Virus record (IMG/VR): IMGVR_UViG_3300036942_000109
Span: 1 to 36,063 of that record
DNA: 36,063 bases
Strand: one strand, 5' to 3'
DNA from: a virus
Lineage: Duplodnaviria; Caudoviricetes
Shown here: piece by piece, positions 18,605-26,094 of the stretch
Layout: each line of letters opens with the position of its first letter
Numbering within the stretch: position 1 is the first letter of the stretch
The notes under the pieces: model-generated
Databases searched by the model: none
Seen by the model: the letters and a program-made list of their open reading frames with translations, nothing else
What the model was told of the DNA's origin: nothing
Made by a program: the position numbers and the translations under genes

Positions 18605-20077
18605 TTACATATCTGTTTCAGTGAAAATAGGCACCTTGCTTTCTTCTTCTATAGTCTTATACTTTTCTTCTGCTTCTTCCATACTTATGCCTCTGTAGTC
18701 TGCTATGGCTTCTACATTTGACTTAAGCTTGTTCTCTACTTCTAGCCCTGTATTTTCTATCTTTTCTTTTTGTGTTAATGTCAGAGGAGAACCCATTTTG
18801 AACGTTAATTCAGCTTGTATTCCCCTTTTCTCTAATATCTTATTACAAGCGAACTCTAATCCTTTCTTGACTGCATTGAATAACTCTGTAGCTCTCTGAA
18901 TAGGTACTATCAGATCAATCATCTTACCGCTTATGCTATTATATCCCTTCTCGCCTGTTCCTGTTGCTGTTTCGTTATAATTCAAGCTTCTATAAATAGC
19001 TAATTCCTTTTGTTCCTTGACTGATTTTCCACCTTCAAAATTATATTCATTCTTAACAGTTTCAAAAAAAGGCTTCTCAGTTCCACCTTGAGACCACCTG
19101 ATTACGTCTTGAGTTAGGTCTAAGACCATTCTTCCTTCATCATCTCTAGTCCTCTCGAAAAACCCTTCATCAGCAATGATTTTTGGTCTTAAGAATGTGT
19201 CTATAGATTGCCCTTCTGCTGTATCTATGACTATCCAGTCTCTTATATTTGTCTTGCTCGCTTCTGAATAGTTGCTATCTCCGTATGCTCTGCCTCTATC
19301 TCTGTCTATAAGCACTTCTTTGACTTCCCAGCCCTCGATAGCAAATTCTCCTAGGTCTTCTACCTCGAACCCTACAGCGTTCAATAACTTTTCATTAGCT
19401 TCTACTATTTCTATCTCACACTCCGTCTTGTTGAACCTTCCGAAAAACAGTTCTTTTCTAAATTCTTCGTGCACAGTGAATAAGAATATATCGTTATCAG
19501 TATCTACGCACTGATATTCAACGTATCCTACGACTTTGCATAGAGAATACCTTGAAAAAATAGGGAAATAATTACATACCGATACATAGTCTACATATTG
19601 TTCCTCTCCTGCTTCAATATACTTGACTAGCAAAGCCCCTGCATAGTCCAAATTCTTAATCATAGACTTTGACATAGCTTCTACATCATAATCTTCTACC
19701 AACTCCTCACAAGCGTCCTCTGTCCCTTCTGCACAAGTCCATAACAAGCCTTCGTTCAAGGCTAACTTAGAGAATATCTCCGAACTAGTCTTATGCATAT
19801 CGTTGTTGCTTATTAAGTCTTTCAAGGCTCCTTTGAAATCATCAGAACTCATTGAAGTTCCGATAGGAGTATACTTGCTTCCGTCATATTTATATTCCGT
19901 GTACAAGTTGTCTCCGTTTATTCTACCCTTATAAGCCAGCTTAATTCTTTTCATTATGCTGTCATAGAAAACCCTGTTAGCTTTCCCTTCGAACAGAAGC
20001 TTGTTGTCAACATAATTAATATAACTATCATCGTTAATAGCCATTTTATAGCTTCTGTTTATATTGTTTAATTCCAT
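18605..20077 (-). CDS. Portal protein
   Basis: 490 aa immediately after terL; RAYGDSNY and SNVEAI...MEEAEEKYKTIEEE resemble SPP1/A118-type portals. Confidence 0.75.
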   Translation of the reverse strand: MELNNINRSYKMAINDDSYINYVDNKLLFEGKANRVFYDSIMKRIKLAYKGRINGDNLYTEYKYDGSKYTPIGTSMSSDDFKGALKDLISNNDMHKTSSEIFSKLALNEGLLWTCAEGTEDACEELVEDYDVEAMSKSMIKNLDYAGALLVKYIEAGEEQYVDYVSVCNYFPIFSRYSLCKVVGYVEYQCVDTDNDIFLFTVHEEFRKELFFGRFNKTECEIEIVEANEKLLNAVGFEVEDLGEFAIEGWEVKEVLIDRDRGRAYGDSNYSEASKTNIRDWIVIDTAEGQSIDTFLRPKIIADEGFFERTRDDEGRMVLDLTQDVIRWSQGGTEKPFFETVKNEYNFEGGKSVKEQKELAIYRSLNYNETATGTGEKGYNSISGKMIDLIVPIQRATELFNAVKKGLEFACNKILEKRGIQAELTFKMGSPLTLTQKEKIENTGLEVENKLKSNVEAIADYRGISMEEAEEKYKTIEEESKVPIFTETDM

Positions 20078-20079
20078 TA

Positions 20080-21501
20080 TTACCTCCTTACGTCAAATTT
20101 CAAGCCTTCTCTGTTAATTCTTGTTATGTGTTTGTTTTGTTCTACACAACCAGTCAAGCAATCTTCAAAGTCATCATGTTCATTCTCTCCGTCTCTTCTG
20201 TATTTTGTGAACTCTCTGTATGCACTAAGAAAGTCTTTTTCCCAACCTTCTGGGAATAGCACATAATTTCTTACGTTTGCACTGTTAGAGAAAATTCTTG
20301 TGTCTTTGTTTTGTGTCTGCGTTAAGTCTTTGATTTTCGGATACCATTTGTAATCTTTGTTTACCTTGTTTTCTACTTGTGAACGGTAGAATCTACCGCC
20401 ATTATTAGCCTCTATGACGCCTTCTTGTGACTTGTTAACAGCAATCCTTCTAGCTAATTCTATCATTGTTCTATCCATATCGTCTTGGGTGTGATATATA
20501 TCATATATGTAGATATATTCTTGTGATTCTATATAGAAAATAGCAGTTAGATAGTCTTTTCCTGTATCTGCTGTATCAACATAGAATTTCTTAATCCCTC
20601 TTATATCTTCTATATTAGACAAATCCCAAACCTTATGGTCGGGGTACATTAATCCACGAACAGGAGTAGGATTTTGTTGTATAAGTGCTTCAAATGCTAC
20701 CTCGTCACGTTCTTTCAAGTCTAGGTATTTGTCGAGCGAATGCCTTTCTCCCCAAAGTATCTCTCCTATTTCTCGAGGGTCATCAGGATGATTGAAATCT
20801 GCTGTCTTAATCCCTTGAAATGTAGTTACATGCCACTTATCAGGGTATAAGTCTACTAATCTACCTGCTAGGTCGTCTTCATGCCACTTTGTGTACAAAA
20901 TTAACATCTTTTCTTTTTTGTGCCCCCTTGTTTCTGCTACTGTATTATAGAAGTTCCATACCTTTTCTCTATACGCCACACTCCATGCGTCACTTGCCCC
21001 CTTGTACAAGTCATCAAATATGAAAATATCAACGGTCCTAGAAGTCAAAGTACCATTTGTCCCGACTGAAATTATATATCCGCCCTCTGTGGTCTCTGTA
21101 ATGTACTTGTTATCTTTAAGCCCTGCTACTCCCGTTATCGTGTTAGGAAAAACACTCTTATAGTCATCTGATTTCAATATTCTCGATATGTCATCTCCAA
21201 ACAAGCTTGCAACCTCGTTATTGTAGCTTATTACAGCTATTTTGAGTCTAGGGTCTAACCCAAGCAAGAATGTAGGTAGTCCTAGAGTAGAGTGTAGGCT
21301 CTTACCATTCTGAGGAGGGACAAATAACATTTTGTATTCTCTTTCGTCAGAAAAAGCAAAATCTGTTAATTCATTGCATATAGTCTTATGAAACCAAGCA
21401 GGTTCATAATCTCTCTTAATTACTTTCATATAGTCAAGCAGATGCTCCCTTGCTTTTGTTTTCTTCTCGATTAATTGCTTCAATAAGTCCTTATAATTCA
21501 T
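20080..21501 (-). CDS. terL: Terminase large subunit
   Basis: Walker A PPQNGKS, Walker B FIFDD, TKWHEDDLAG, QQNP; nuclease motifs VDTADTGKD and HDDFED. Confidence 0.95.
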   Translation of the reverse strand: MNYKDLLKQLIEKKTKAREHLLDYMKVIKRDYEPAWFHKTICNELTDFAFSDEREYKMLFVPPQNGKSLHSTLGLPTFLLGLDPRLKIAVISYNNEVASLFGDDISRILKSDDYKSVFPNTITGVAGLKDNKYITETTEGGYIISVGTNGTLTSRTVDIFIFDDLYKGASDAWSVAYREKVWNFYNTVAETRGHKKEKMLILYTKWHEDDLAGRLVDLYPDKWHVTTFQGIKTADFNHPDDPREIGEILWGERHSLDKYLDLKERDEVAFEALIQQNPTPVRGLMYPDHKVWDLSNIEDIRGIKKFYVDTADTGKDYLTAIFYIESQEYIYIYDIYHTQDDMDRTMIELARRIAVNKSQEGVIEANNGGRFYRSQVENKVNKDYKWYPKIKDLTQTQNKDTRIFSNSANVRNYVLFPEGWEKDFLSAYREFTKYRRDGENEHDDFEDCLTGCVEQNKHITRINREGLKFDVRR

Positions 21502-21925
21502 TCAGAAGCTCCTGTATCTGCTCTGGTGTCATCTTCTTAAGTTCTTCTAATATTGTACTAGAAGTGATTTTGATTTCTTGCTTATCTAAGAACATTCCTT
21601 TAGTCTTCGCCAGAAGCTCTGACGCTTTGATACGGTCTTTCAGTTCGTTCCCTGCACTTATCATTGCATAAGTCCAAAACTCCTTTATTTCGACCTCTGT
21701 GGCTATATTAGAGCTATGTATTTTATATTGCCTTTCTTTTATATAGTCGATAATGTAAGGTTTTGTTAAGTTTTCTGCACCTACTGACCGAGCAGTCTTC
21801 TTGCTATACCCTGCCTTGATAGCCGATTCTGTTGCGTTCCCACTCTGCAAATAGTAGTCGCAAAACGCCTGTTGTTTAGGTGTTAATTTTATTTTGTCCG
21901 TACGATTTCTACCGCTCGAACTCAT
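21491..21925 (-). CDS. terS: Terminase small subunit
   Basis: LTPKQQAFCDYYLQSGNATESAIKAGYSKKTA...ENLTKP...RIKASELLAK. Confidence 0.95.
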   Translation of the reverse strand: MSSSGRNRTDKIKLTPKQQAFCDYYLQSGNATESAIKAGYSKKTARSVGAENLTKPYIIDYIKERQYKIHSSNIATEVEIKEFWTYAMISAGNELKDRIKASELLAKTKGMFLDKQEIKITSSTILEELKKMTPEQIQELLNEL

Positions 21926-21948
21926 ATAATCACGCCCTTTCTATTTTT

Positions 21949-21964
21949 ATTACTAACTAGTAGT
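21949..21964. promoter_or_regulatory. 16-bp palindromic operator, copy C (ATTACTAACTAGTAGT)
   Basis: Directly after TGATATAAT (minus strand), upstream of terS. Confidence 0.75.
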
Positions 21965-21984
21965 ATTATATCATATAAAAGAGT

Positions 21985-22010
21985 AAAAAAAAAGACTAGC
22001 TAGGCTAGTC
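21985..22010 (-). terminator. Intrinsic terminator upstream of terS
   Basis: GACTAGC/GCTAGTC stem plus T-run. Confidence 0.8.
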
Positions 22011-22199
22011 ATAAAAGTACATATTCACTTTTTGCTCATATAACGAGGCTTTTTTTTCTGCCTCTTCAATCATAAGATTGTTCATTTCTTCTATCGAAGG
22101 GTCGCCCTCTTCAAAATTGAAGAAATCGTTAATATTTATTCTATCAAGCTCTATTCCAGCTTGATTTTTTATTGAGACAGTTCTTATAATTTTTTCCAT
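22005..22199 (-). CDS. Small acidic hypothetical protein
   Basis: AGGAGG RBS; followed by a terminator. Confidence 0.7.
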   Translation of the reverse strand: MEKIIRTVSIKNQAGIELDRININDFFNFEEGDPSIEEMNNLMIEEAEKKASLYEQKVNMYFYD

Positions 22200-22292
22200 T
22201 TTTCAATCCTCCTATTTGCGTTTTATAGCTCGCCAGCTTATTTTTAACCACTCAACCCCACCCTCACACGAGGGAAGCGTAAAGGGGTTAAA

Positions 22293-22442
22293 TTATTTGA
22301 AAACTACATAGTATTCATCATTGTGCCAACATTCCAATTGGTATACTCCGTTTCTACCAGCTGGTAGACTTACGGTTCCCCATTCATACCCTAGTCCTTC
22401 CATTTCTTCTGTGCTTTTCTTAGTTAGTATTTTCTTCTTCAT
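22293..22442 (-). CDS. 49-aa hypothetical protein (not in ORF track)
   Basis: MKKKILTKKSTEEMEGLGYEWG...; AAGGAG RBS; own consensus promoter. Confidence 0.65.
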   Translation of the reverse strand: MKKKILTKKSTEEMEGLGYEWGTVSLPAGRNGVYQLECWHNDEYYVVFK

Positions 22443-22484
22443 CTCAACCACTCCTTTTTTTAATTTGTCTTGCTTCTTGTTATA

Positions 22485-22513
22485 AGTATACTACATATAT
22501 GTATCATTGTCAA
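22485..22513 (-). promoter_or_regulatory. Consensus sigma70 promoter
   Basis: TTGACA-17-TATACT. Confidence 0.8.
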
Positions 22514-22520
22514 CAGTTTT

Positions 22521-22667
22521 TTAATTTTTTTCAGAAGCTTTTATAATCGCTTCCGAATTAGTTTTTGCGTTCGTTTCTAATCTTAGAAGCAGCAAAGCTT
22601 TCTTGACAGCTTCTCTTTCTTCTTCGCTCTTGCAATATAGATGTAATGCTGCGTATCTTTTCTTCAT
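22521..22667 (-). CDS. 48-aa ribbon-helix-helix-like protein (not in ORF track)
   Basis: MKKRYAALHLYCKSEEEREAVKKALLLLRLETNAKTNSEAII; AAGGAG RBS; the beta-alpha-alpha pattern is inferred. Confidence 0.55.
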   Translation of the reverse strand: MKKRYAALHLYCKSEEEREAVKKALLLLRLETNAKTNSEAIIKASEKN

Positions 22668-22681
22668 ATTTTTTCTCCTTT

Positions 22682-23086
22682 TTAATCTATATTTGCATAC
22701 ATTTGTGCAAAATATTCATTTCTGTTTTCGATAAACCATTTAGCTGATTTTTCGTTAGATATTTTTTCAAACATCGGTATATTGTGTTTGTTTAAAGACT
22801 CTAAATAATTTTTATCTGCTGATTTTTGTTCTGCTTCTTCTAAAGTCATTCCTTTTTTAATTCTTCTGTTAATCATAAAAGCATGAACTTGCTCTATAGC
22901 TTCTGATAATTCTGCTAACATTCTAGATTTTATATCTTTAGCCCAAGCAACTTGTTTTTCAGTTCCTTCTAACTCTTCCTCTTTCATAACTTCTCTGAAA
23001 GCTAGTGATAATCTCGCTATATAATCCCCTTCCATAGTTGCTGCTATTTCGTGTACTCTTTTCATCATTTCGCTTGTAAATTTCAT
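22682..23086 (-). CDS. Early hypothetical phage protein
   Basis: LEGTEKQVAWAKDI...AKWFIENR motif, familiar from uncharacterised phage proteins; GAGGAG RBS. Confidence 0.75.
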   Translation of the reverse strand: MKFTSEMMKRVHEIAATMEGDYIARLSLAFREVMKEEELEGTEKQVAWAKDIKSRMLAELSEAIEQVHAFMINRRIKKGMTLEEAEQKSADKNYLESLNKHNIPMFEKISNEKSAKWFIENRNEYFAQMYANID

Positions 23087-23131
23087 CTTAATCACTCCTC
23101 ATTTTTTTATTTGCTTCATCTTTATATTAAT

Positions 23132-23160
23132 AATATACTACATATAAATACATATGTCAA
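23132..23160 (-). promoter_or_regulatory. Consensus sigma70 promoter
   Basis: TTGACA-17-TATATT. Confidence 0.75.
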
Positions 23161-23234
23161 CCTTTTTCATAAAAATAATTAAACTTTTTTTATTTTTTTC
23201 TACAAACTCAATATTTCCAACACTTTCAGGGCAC

Positions 23235-23266
23235 AAAAAAAATCAGACTAAATTAATAATCTGATT
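23235..23266 (-). terminator. Intrinsic terminator
   Basis: AATCAGA/TCTGATT stem plus T-run. Confidence 0.65.
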
Positions 23267-23651
23267 AAATAACTATCTCAAAGAACGCTAAACTCCTTTC
23301 TTTGATTTCACCTTTTGTAGTAGTCATAATTCTGTGAAATCCTTTTATTTTCAATTTGTTTCTTTCTTCAAAATCTTTCAATAATTTTTCTGTTGCTTTG
23401 TCAAAGTTGTCAAGTTCTTGAAAGCTAATTTTTTCTTTCTTTAATTGTCTTTCTTCTAATCTCTTCAAAAGTTGTTCTTCCGTTTCTTTTTTATCCTTTT
23501 CAAAACCTTTAAAGTTTCCTTTTTCTTCAAAATATACATTCTCCCAAACTTTGCCGTTTTCTCTCAAAAATCTAAATTCTTTTGTATCGTGTTCTTCTGT
23601 GCCTATTATTTCTACCCAACTATCTTTTTTTCTGCCTGTATAACCTTCCAT
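23265..23651 (-). CDS. Charged hypothetical protein
   Basis: AGGAGG RBS with ATG at 23651. Confidence 0.7.
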   Translation of the reverse strand: MEGYTGRKKDSWVEIIGTEEHDTKEFRFLRENGKVWENVYFEEKGNFKGFEKDKKETEEQLLKRLEERQLKKEKISFQELDNFDKATEKLLKDFEERNKLKIKGFHRIMTTTKGEIKERSLAFFEIVI

Positions 23652-23667
23652 ATACACCTCCTAAAAA

Positions 23668-23816
23668 TAAAAAGACTAGCCCTTTCGGTTACTAGTCTCG
23701 CACGTCTCACGACGTTCTTATACAGTTTTATAGCTCCAAAGTTGTCAAAGTTGGTAGCTCTCGACCCTCGTACTTATTTTGTTGGGTTTTCAGAGGGTCA
23801 AGATTGTCATTTGTTA
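23668..23816 (-). ncRNA. Candidate approximately 150-nt structured small RNA or leader
   Basis: Promoter TTGAAA-17-TATAAT (23851-23823); four successive hairpins; terminator AGACTAG/CTAGTCT plus T-run. Confidence 0.55.
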
Positions 23817-23819
23817 TAC

Positions 23820-24191
23820 TTAATTATAACATTGTTTCTTCCATTTTTCAACTGCTTTTTCTACACCTTTCTTACCAAACAGCCACATTGTTACAGTTTG
23901 CAGCAAACTCTCAAATGCGGGGTCTAACACCAGTTCAGGGAACTTATCCCCCGAAAAAAATTCTACATATGGAACTATAATCATATTATTAAGCATTATG
24001 AAAGCAAATAGCCAGTACAAGCAAGGTATAGCTCCTTTTTCAAACATAGTCTTAATCGCAGGTTGCTTTGTTCTTAGTATCTCTTTCTCTATCTCGGCAG
24101 TCATTCTATCTCTTTCTGCTTTATCTCCTACAAACTTACCAGCTACTCCACTTATTGCCTCTCCTATGCCTTTAGTATCAACTAATGCCAT
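23820..24191 (-). CDS. Holin (GTA 3TM-holin-like)
   Basis: KFVGDKAER...IPCLYWLFAFIML...LFGKKGVEK pattern; hydrophobic segments. Confidence 0.65.
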   Translation of the reverse strand: MALVDTKGIGEAISGVAGKFVGDKAERDRMTAEIEKEILRTKQPAIKTMFEKGAIPCLYWLFAFIMLNNMIIVPYVEFFSGDKFPELVLDPAFESLLQTVTMWLFGKKGVEKAVEKWKKQCYN

Positions 24192-24369
24192 TTTCCACCA
24201 ACTTTCTTTTTAGCTCTGCATTCTCTTTTTGCAAGTCCTTAATCTTCTGATATTGCATTCTATATATACCTGTTATTCCCTTAGCAACAGCCAAAGCTCC
24301 CAGACCTTGAAGCCACTTAGGAGCCGAAGTTGTCAAAGTTGTCAATATATCTATACCCAAACTCTCCAT
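24178..24369 (-). CDS. Small membrane/coiled-coil protein in the lysis cluster
   Basis: Hydrophobic middle and coiled-coil tail; overlaps both neighbours. Confidence 0.6.
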   Translation of the reverse strand: MESLGIDILTTLTTSAPKWLQGLGALAVAKGITGIYRMQYQKIKDLQKENAELKRKLVENGIS

Positions 24370-24464
24370 TAAGCCACCTGCGACAATATAGCTCCGCTAA
24401 TGAACATTACAGAACCTATTCCAAAAAATAACCAATCAATTATTTTTTTTGTTTTCTTCTTCAT
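24369..24464 (-). CDS. 31-aa single-TM peptide (not in ORF track)
   Basis: MKKKTKKIIDWLFFGIGSVMFISGAILSQVA; TAATG coupling to the next gene. Confidence 0.5.
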   Translation of the reverse strand: MKKKTKKIIDWLFFGIGSVMFISGAILSQVA

Positions 24465-24537
24465 TTTCTTCTTCCTCCTTTTCGTTTTCTGTAGCTCCAA
24501 ACCAATATCGCCACCATTCTTTGAACGTTTTGCACAT
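24436..24537 (-). CDS. 33-aa amphipathic Trp-rich/acidic peptide (not in ORF track)
   Basis: MCKTFKEWWRYWFGATENEKEEEENEEENKKNN; AAGGAG RBS. Confidence 0.5.
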   Translation of the reverse strand: MCKTFKEWWRYWFGATENEKEEEENEEENKKNN

Positions 24538-24626
24538 CTTAGATCACTCCTTAAGTTTGAAATACAGCAAAACCCAAAATAAAAGTGAAGCTATAGACCA
24601 GAACTTATCAACCTTAAACCCCTTTT

Positions 24627-24872
24627 CTAAGGGGGTTGGAAGGGGTCTAAATCATCATTTTCCTGCTCTTTGCTTGCTAATATTTTCAACTTTTCAAGGT
24701 TGTTATCCTTCTTTACACGCATCAAAATCAACACAAGTTCATCTATTTCTATAGATTCTTTCAAATCAACAGAGCTGTCGCTGCTTGCTTTCATTTCGCT
24801 TTCTGTTTGTAATTTTTTGATATGATGTCTCAAAGCATTATTTTCTTGATTTATCCTATTGAGTTCAGACAT
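24627..24872 (-). CDS. Coiled-coil protein heading the holin cluster; possible -1 frame TM extension to 24544
   Basis: AGGAGG RBS; ends CCC CCT TAG. Confidence 0.7.
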   Translation of the reverse strand: MSELNRINQENNALRHHIKKLQTESEMKASSDSSVDLKESIEIDELVLILMRVKKDNNLEKLKILASKEQENDDLDPFQPP

Positions 24873-24886
24873 ATAGACCTCCTTTT

Positions 24887-24902
24887 ATTACTAGTTAGTA
24901 AT
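24887..24902. promoter_or_regulatory. 16-bp palindromic operator, copy D (ATTACTAGTTAGTAAT)
   Basis: Directly after TATAAT (minus strand), upstream of the holin cluster. Confidence 0.75.
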
Positions 24903-24918
24903 ATTATACAACTTAAAT

Positions 24919-24941
24919 AAAAAAAGGGCAAGTATGCCCTT
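24919..24941 (-). terminator. Intrinsic terminator ending the replication operon
   Basis: AAGGGCA/TGCCCTT stem plus T-run. Confidence 0.8.
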
Positions 24942-25067
24942 ATCTTTTCGTTCTATTTTCTCTCTGCTTCTGCTTTTCTTCTGCTAATATATGCTCAAAT
25001 TTGTTAATTTTCTTTGCTATGCTCTCTATTTTTTTTGGAGGAACTATCCTTGAAAGTTGTTTAATTG

Positions 25068-25358
25068 TCATCTAACCGCCCCCAATCTTGAATTTTTTCT
25101 CTGCAAAACTAGATTGTTTGCAAATATACCTCTTGTTTTGCTATGGTAAGCCTTTTTCCCGCTCGGGAAAAGCTTTTCTATCTCCTTTAGCCTGCACCCT
25201 TTTTCTAATAGACATCTGCGAAAGTCTATTATTTTATTTATTTTTTTATCATAATAAGAACGCTCAAAACCTGTTAATTTATCTTTTTTCTGCAATTCTT
25301 GACAAAGTTTTATATCGTTTATTTCTAATCCAAATTTTTCTAAAGTTTCTTTAATCAT
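25068..25358 (-). CDS. Basic hypothetical protein
   Basis: AGGAGG RBS; 96 aa. Confidence 0.7.
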   Translation of the reverse strand: MIKETLEKFGLEINDIKLCQELQKKDKLTGFERSYYDKKINKIIDFRRCLLEKGCRLKEIEKLFPSGKKAYHSKTRGIFANNLVLQRKNSRLGAVR

Positions 25359-25368
25359 CTTGTCCTCC

Positions 25369-25397
25369 TTGATTTTTTCATTCTCAAGTGATATAAT
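25369..25397 (+). promoter_or_regulatory. Counter-oriented sigma70 promoter of the candidate antisense sRNA
   Basis: TTGATT-17-TATAAT with extended -10 TG, on the + strand inside an all-minus operon. Confidence 0.75.
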
Positions 25398-25403
25398 AAC
25401 TTA

Positions 25404-25462
25404 ATCACTCAATTTAATTTTTATTTAGTCGAAGTCCTAGTTCTCATCTGCTAGGACTTTTT
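25404..25462 (+). ncRNA. Candidate approximately 60-nt trans-acting antisense sRNA
   Basis: Lies between a promoter and the terminator hairpin AGTCCTAG-loop-CTAGGACT-TTTT; four blocks are complementary, in order, to 29491-29566. Confidence 0.7.
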
Positions 25463-25545
25463 ACTTTTCAAAACTTTTTCTTTTTCATCATAAATAACTT
25501 CTATATCTAATTTTCTAAAATATTCTATCAAACTTTCGATTTCTT

Positions 25546-25704
25546 TCATTCTTCCTCACTCCTCTTAAGATTTAGTTGTGTATCTTCTATCTTGCAAATT
25601 AATGCAGACAGATTAAGTTTCATTTCAGGTTTTATATCTCTTTTCATATAGTCTCTAGTTTTAGCTTTTACTTTTTCTAGTTCTTCGTATAGTTGTTTGG
25701 TCAT
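25546..25704 (-). CDS. 52-aa hypothetical protein (not in ORF track)
   Basis: MTKQLYEELEK...; AGGAGG RBS. Confidence 0.6.
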   Translation of the reverse strand: MTKQLYEELEKVKAKTRDYMKRDIKPEMKLNLSALICKIEDTQLNLKRSEEE

Positions 25705-25712
25705 AGTTCCTC

Positions 25713-25889
25713 CTAATATTCTAATTTGTCACAGATAAATTTTATTAATTCTTCATATTCTCTACAACTTCTGTATTTTCCTTGCTCTTGATATTTATAT
25801 ATTATTTTTTTACACTCTACATAAGCAAAATCACATCCTTTTTCTCGTGTTTTTATAAATTGTTCCAACTCTTTTTTAATATCTGTCAT
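25713..25889 (-). CDS. 58-aa hypothetical protein (not in ORF track)
   Basis: MTDIKKELEQF...; GGAGG RBS within the upstream gene. Confidence 0.6.
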   Translation of the reverse strand: MTDIKKELEQFIKTREKGCDFAYVECKKIIYKYQEQGKYRSCREYEELIKFICDKLEY

Positions 25890-26094
25890 CATCCACCTCC
25901 TCCATAAAGCTTTTTATTTCTTCATTTATAAAGTTTTTTTCTAATATACTCATCATTTTGAGATAATTAGTTTTAAAATTTTCGTCAGATTCAGTATGTT
26001 TTTTCAGCATATTTTCGTTGTCTAGCATTCTTTTAAAACTTTGTTTGAACTGTTCTTTATCTAACATCAAAACGGCAGTTCCTCCTCTATCCAT
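25876..26094 (-). CDS. Hypothetical protein (start probably MLDKEQ at 26067)
   Basis: Coupled to the primase-helicase stop codon. Confidence 0.6.
   Translation of the reverse strand: MDRGGTAVLMLDKEQFKQSFKRMLDNENMLKKHTESDENFKTNYLKMMSILEKNFINEEIKSFMEEVDDDRY

Noticed and set aside
23265-23816. Type III toxin-antitoxin system
   Set aside because: The RNA-terminator-ORF layout fits, but there is no tandem repeat array and the ORF shows no ToxN, CptN or TenpN features that I recognise.
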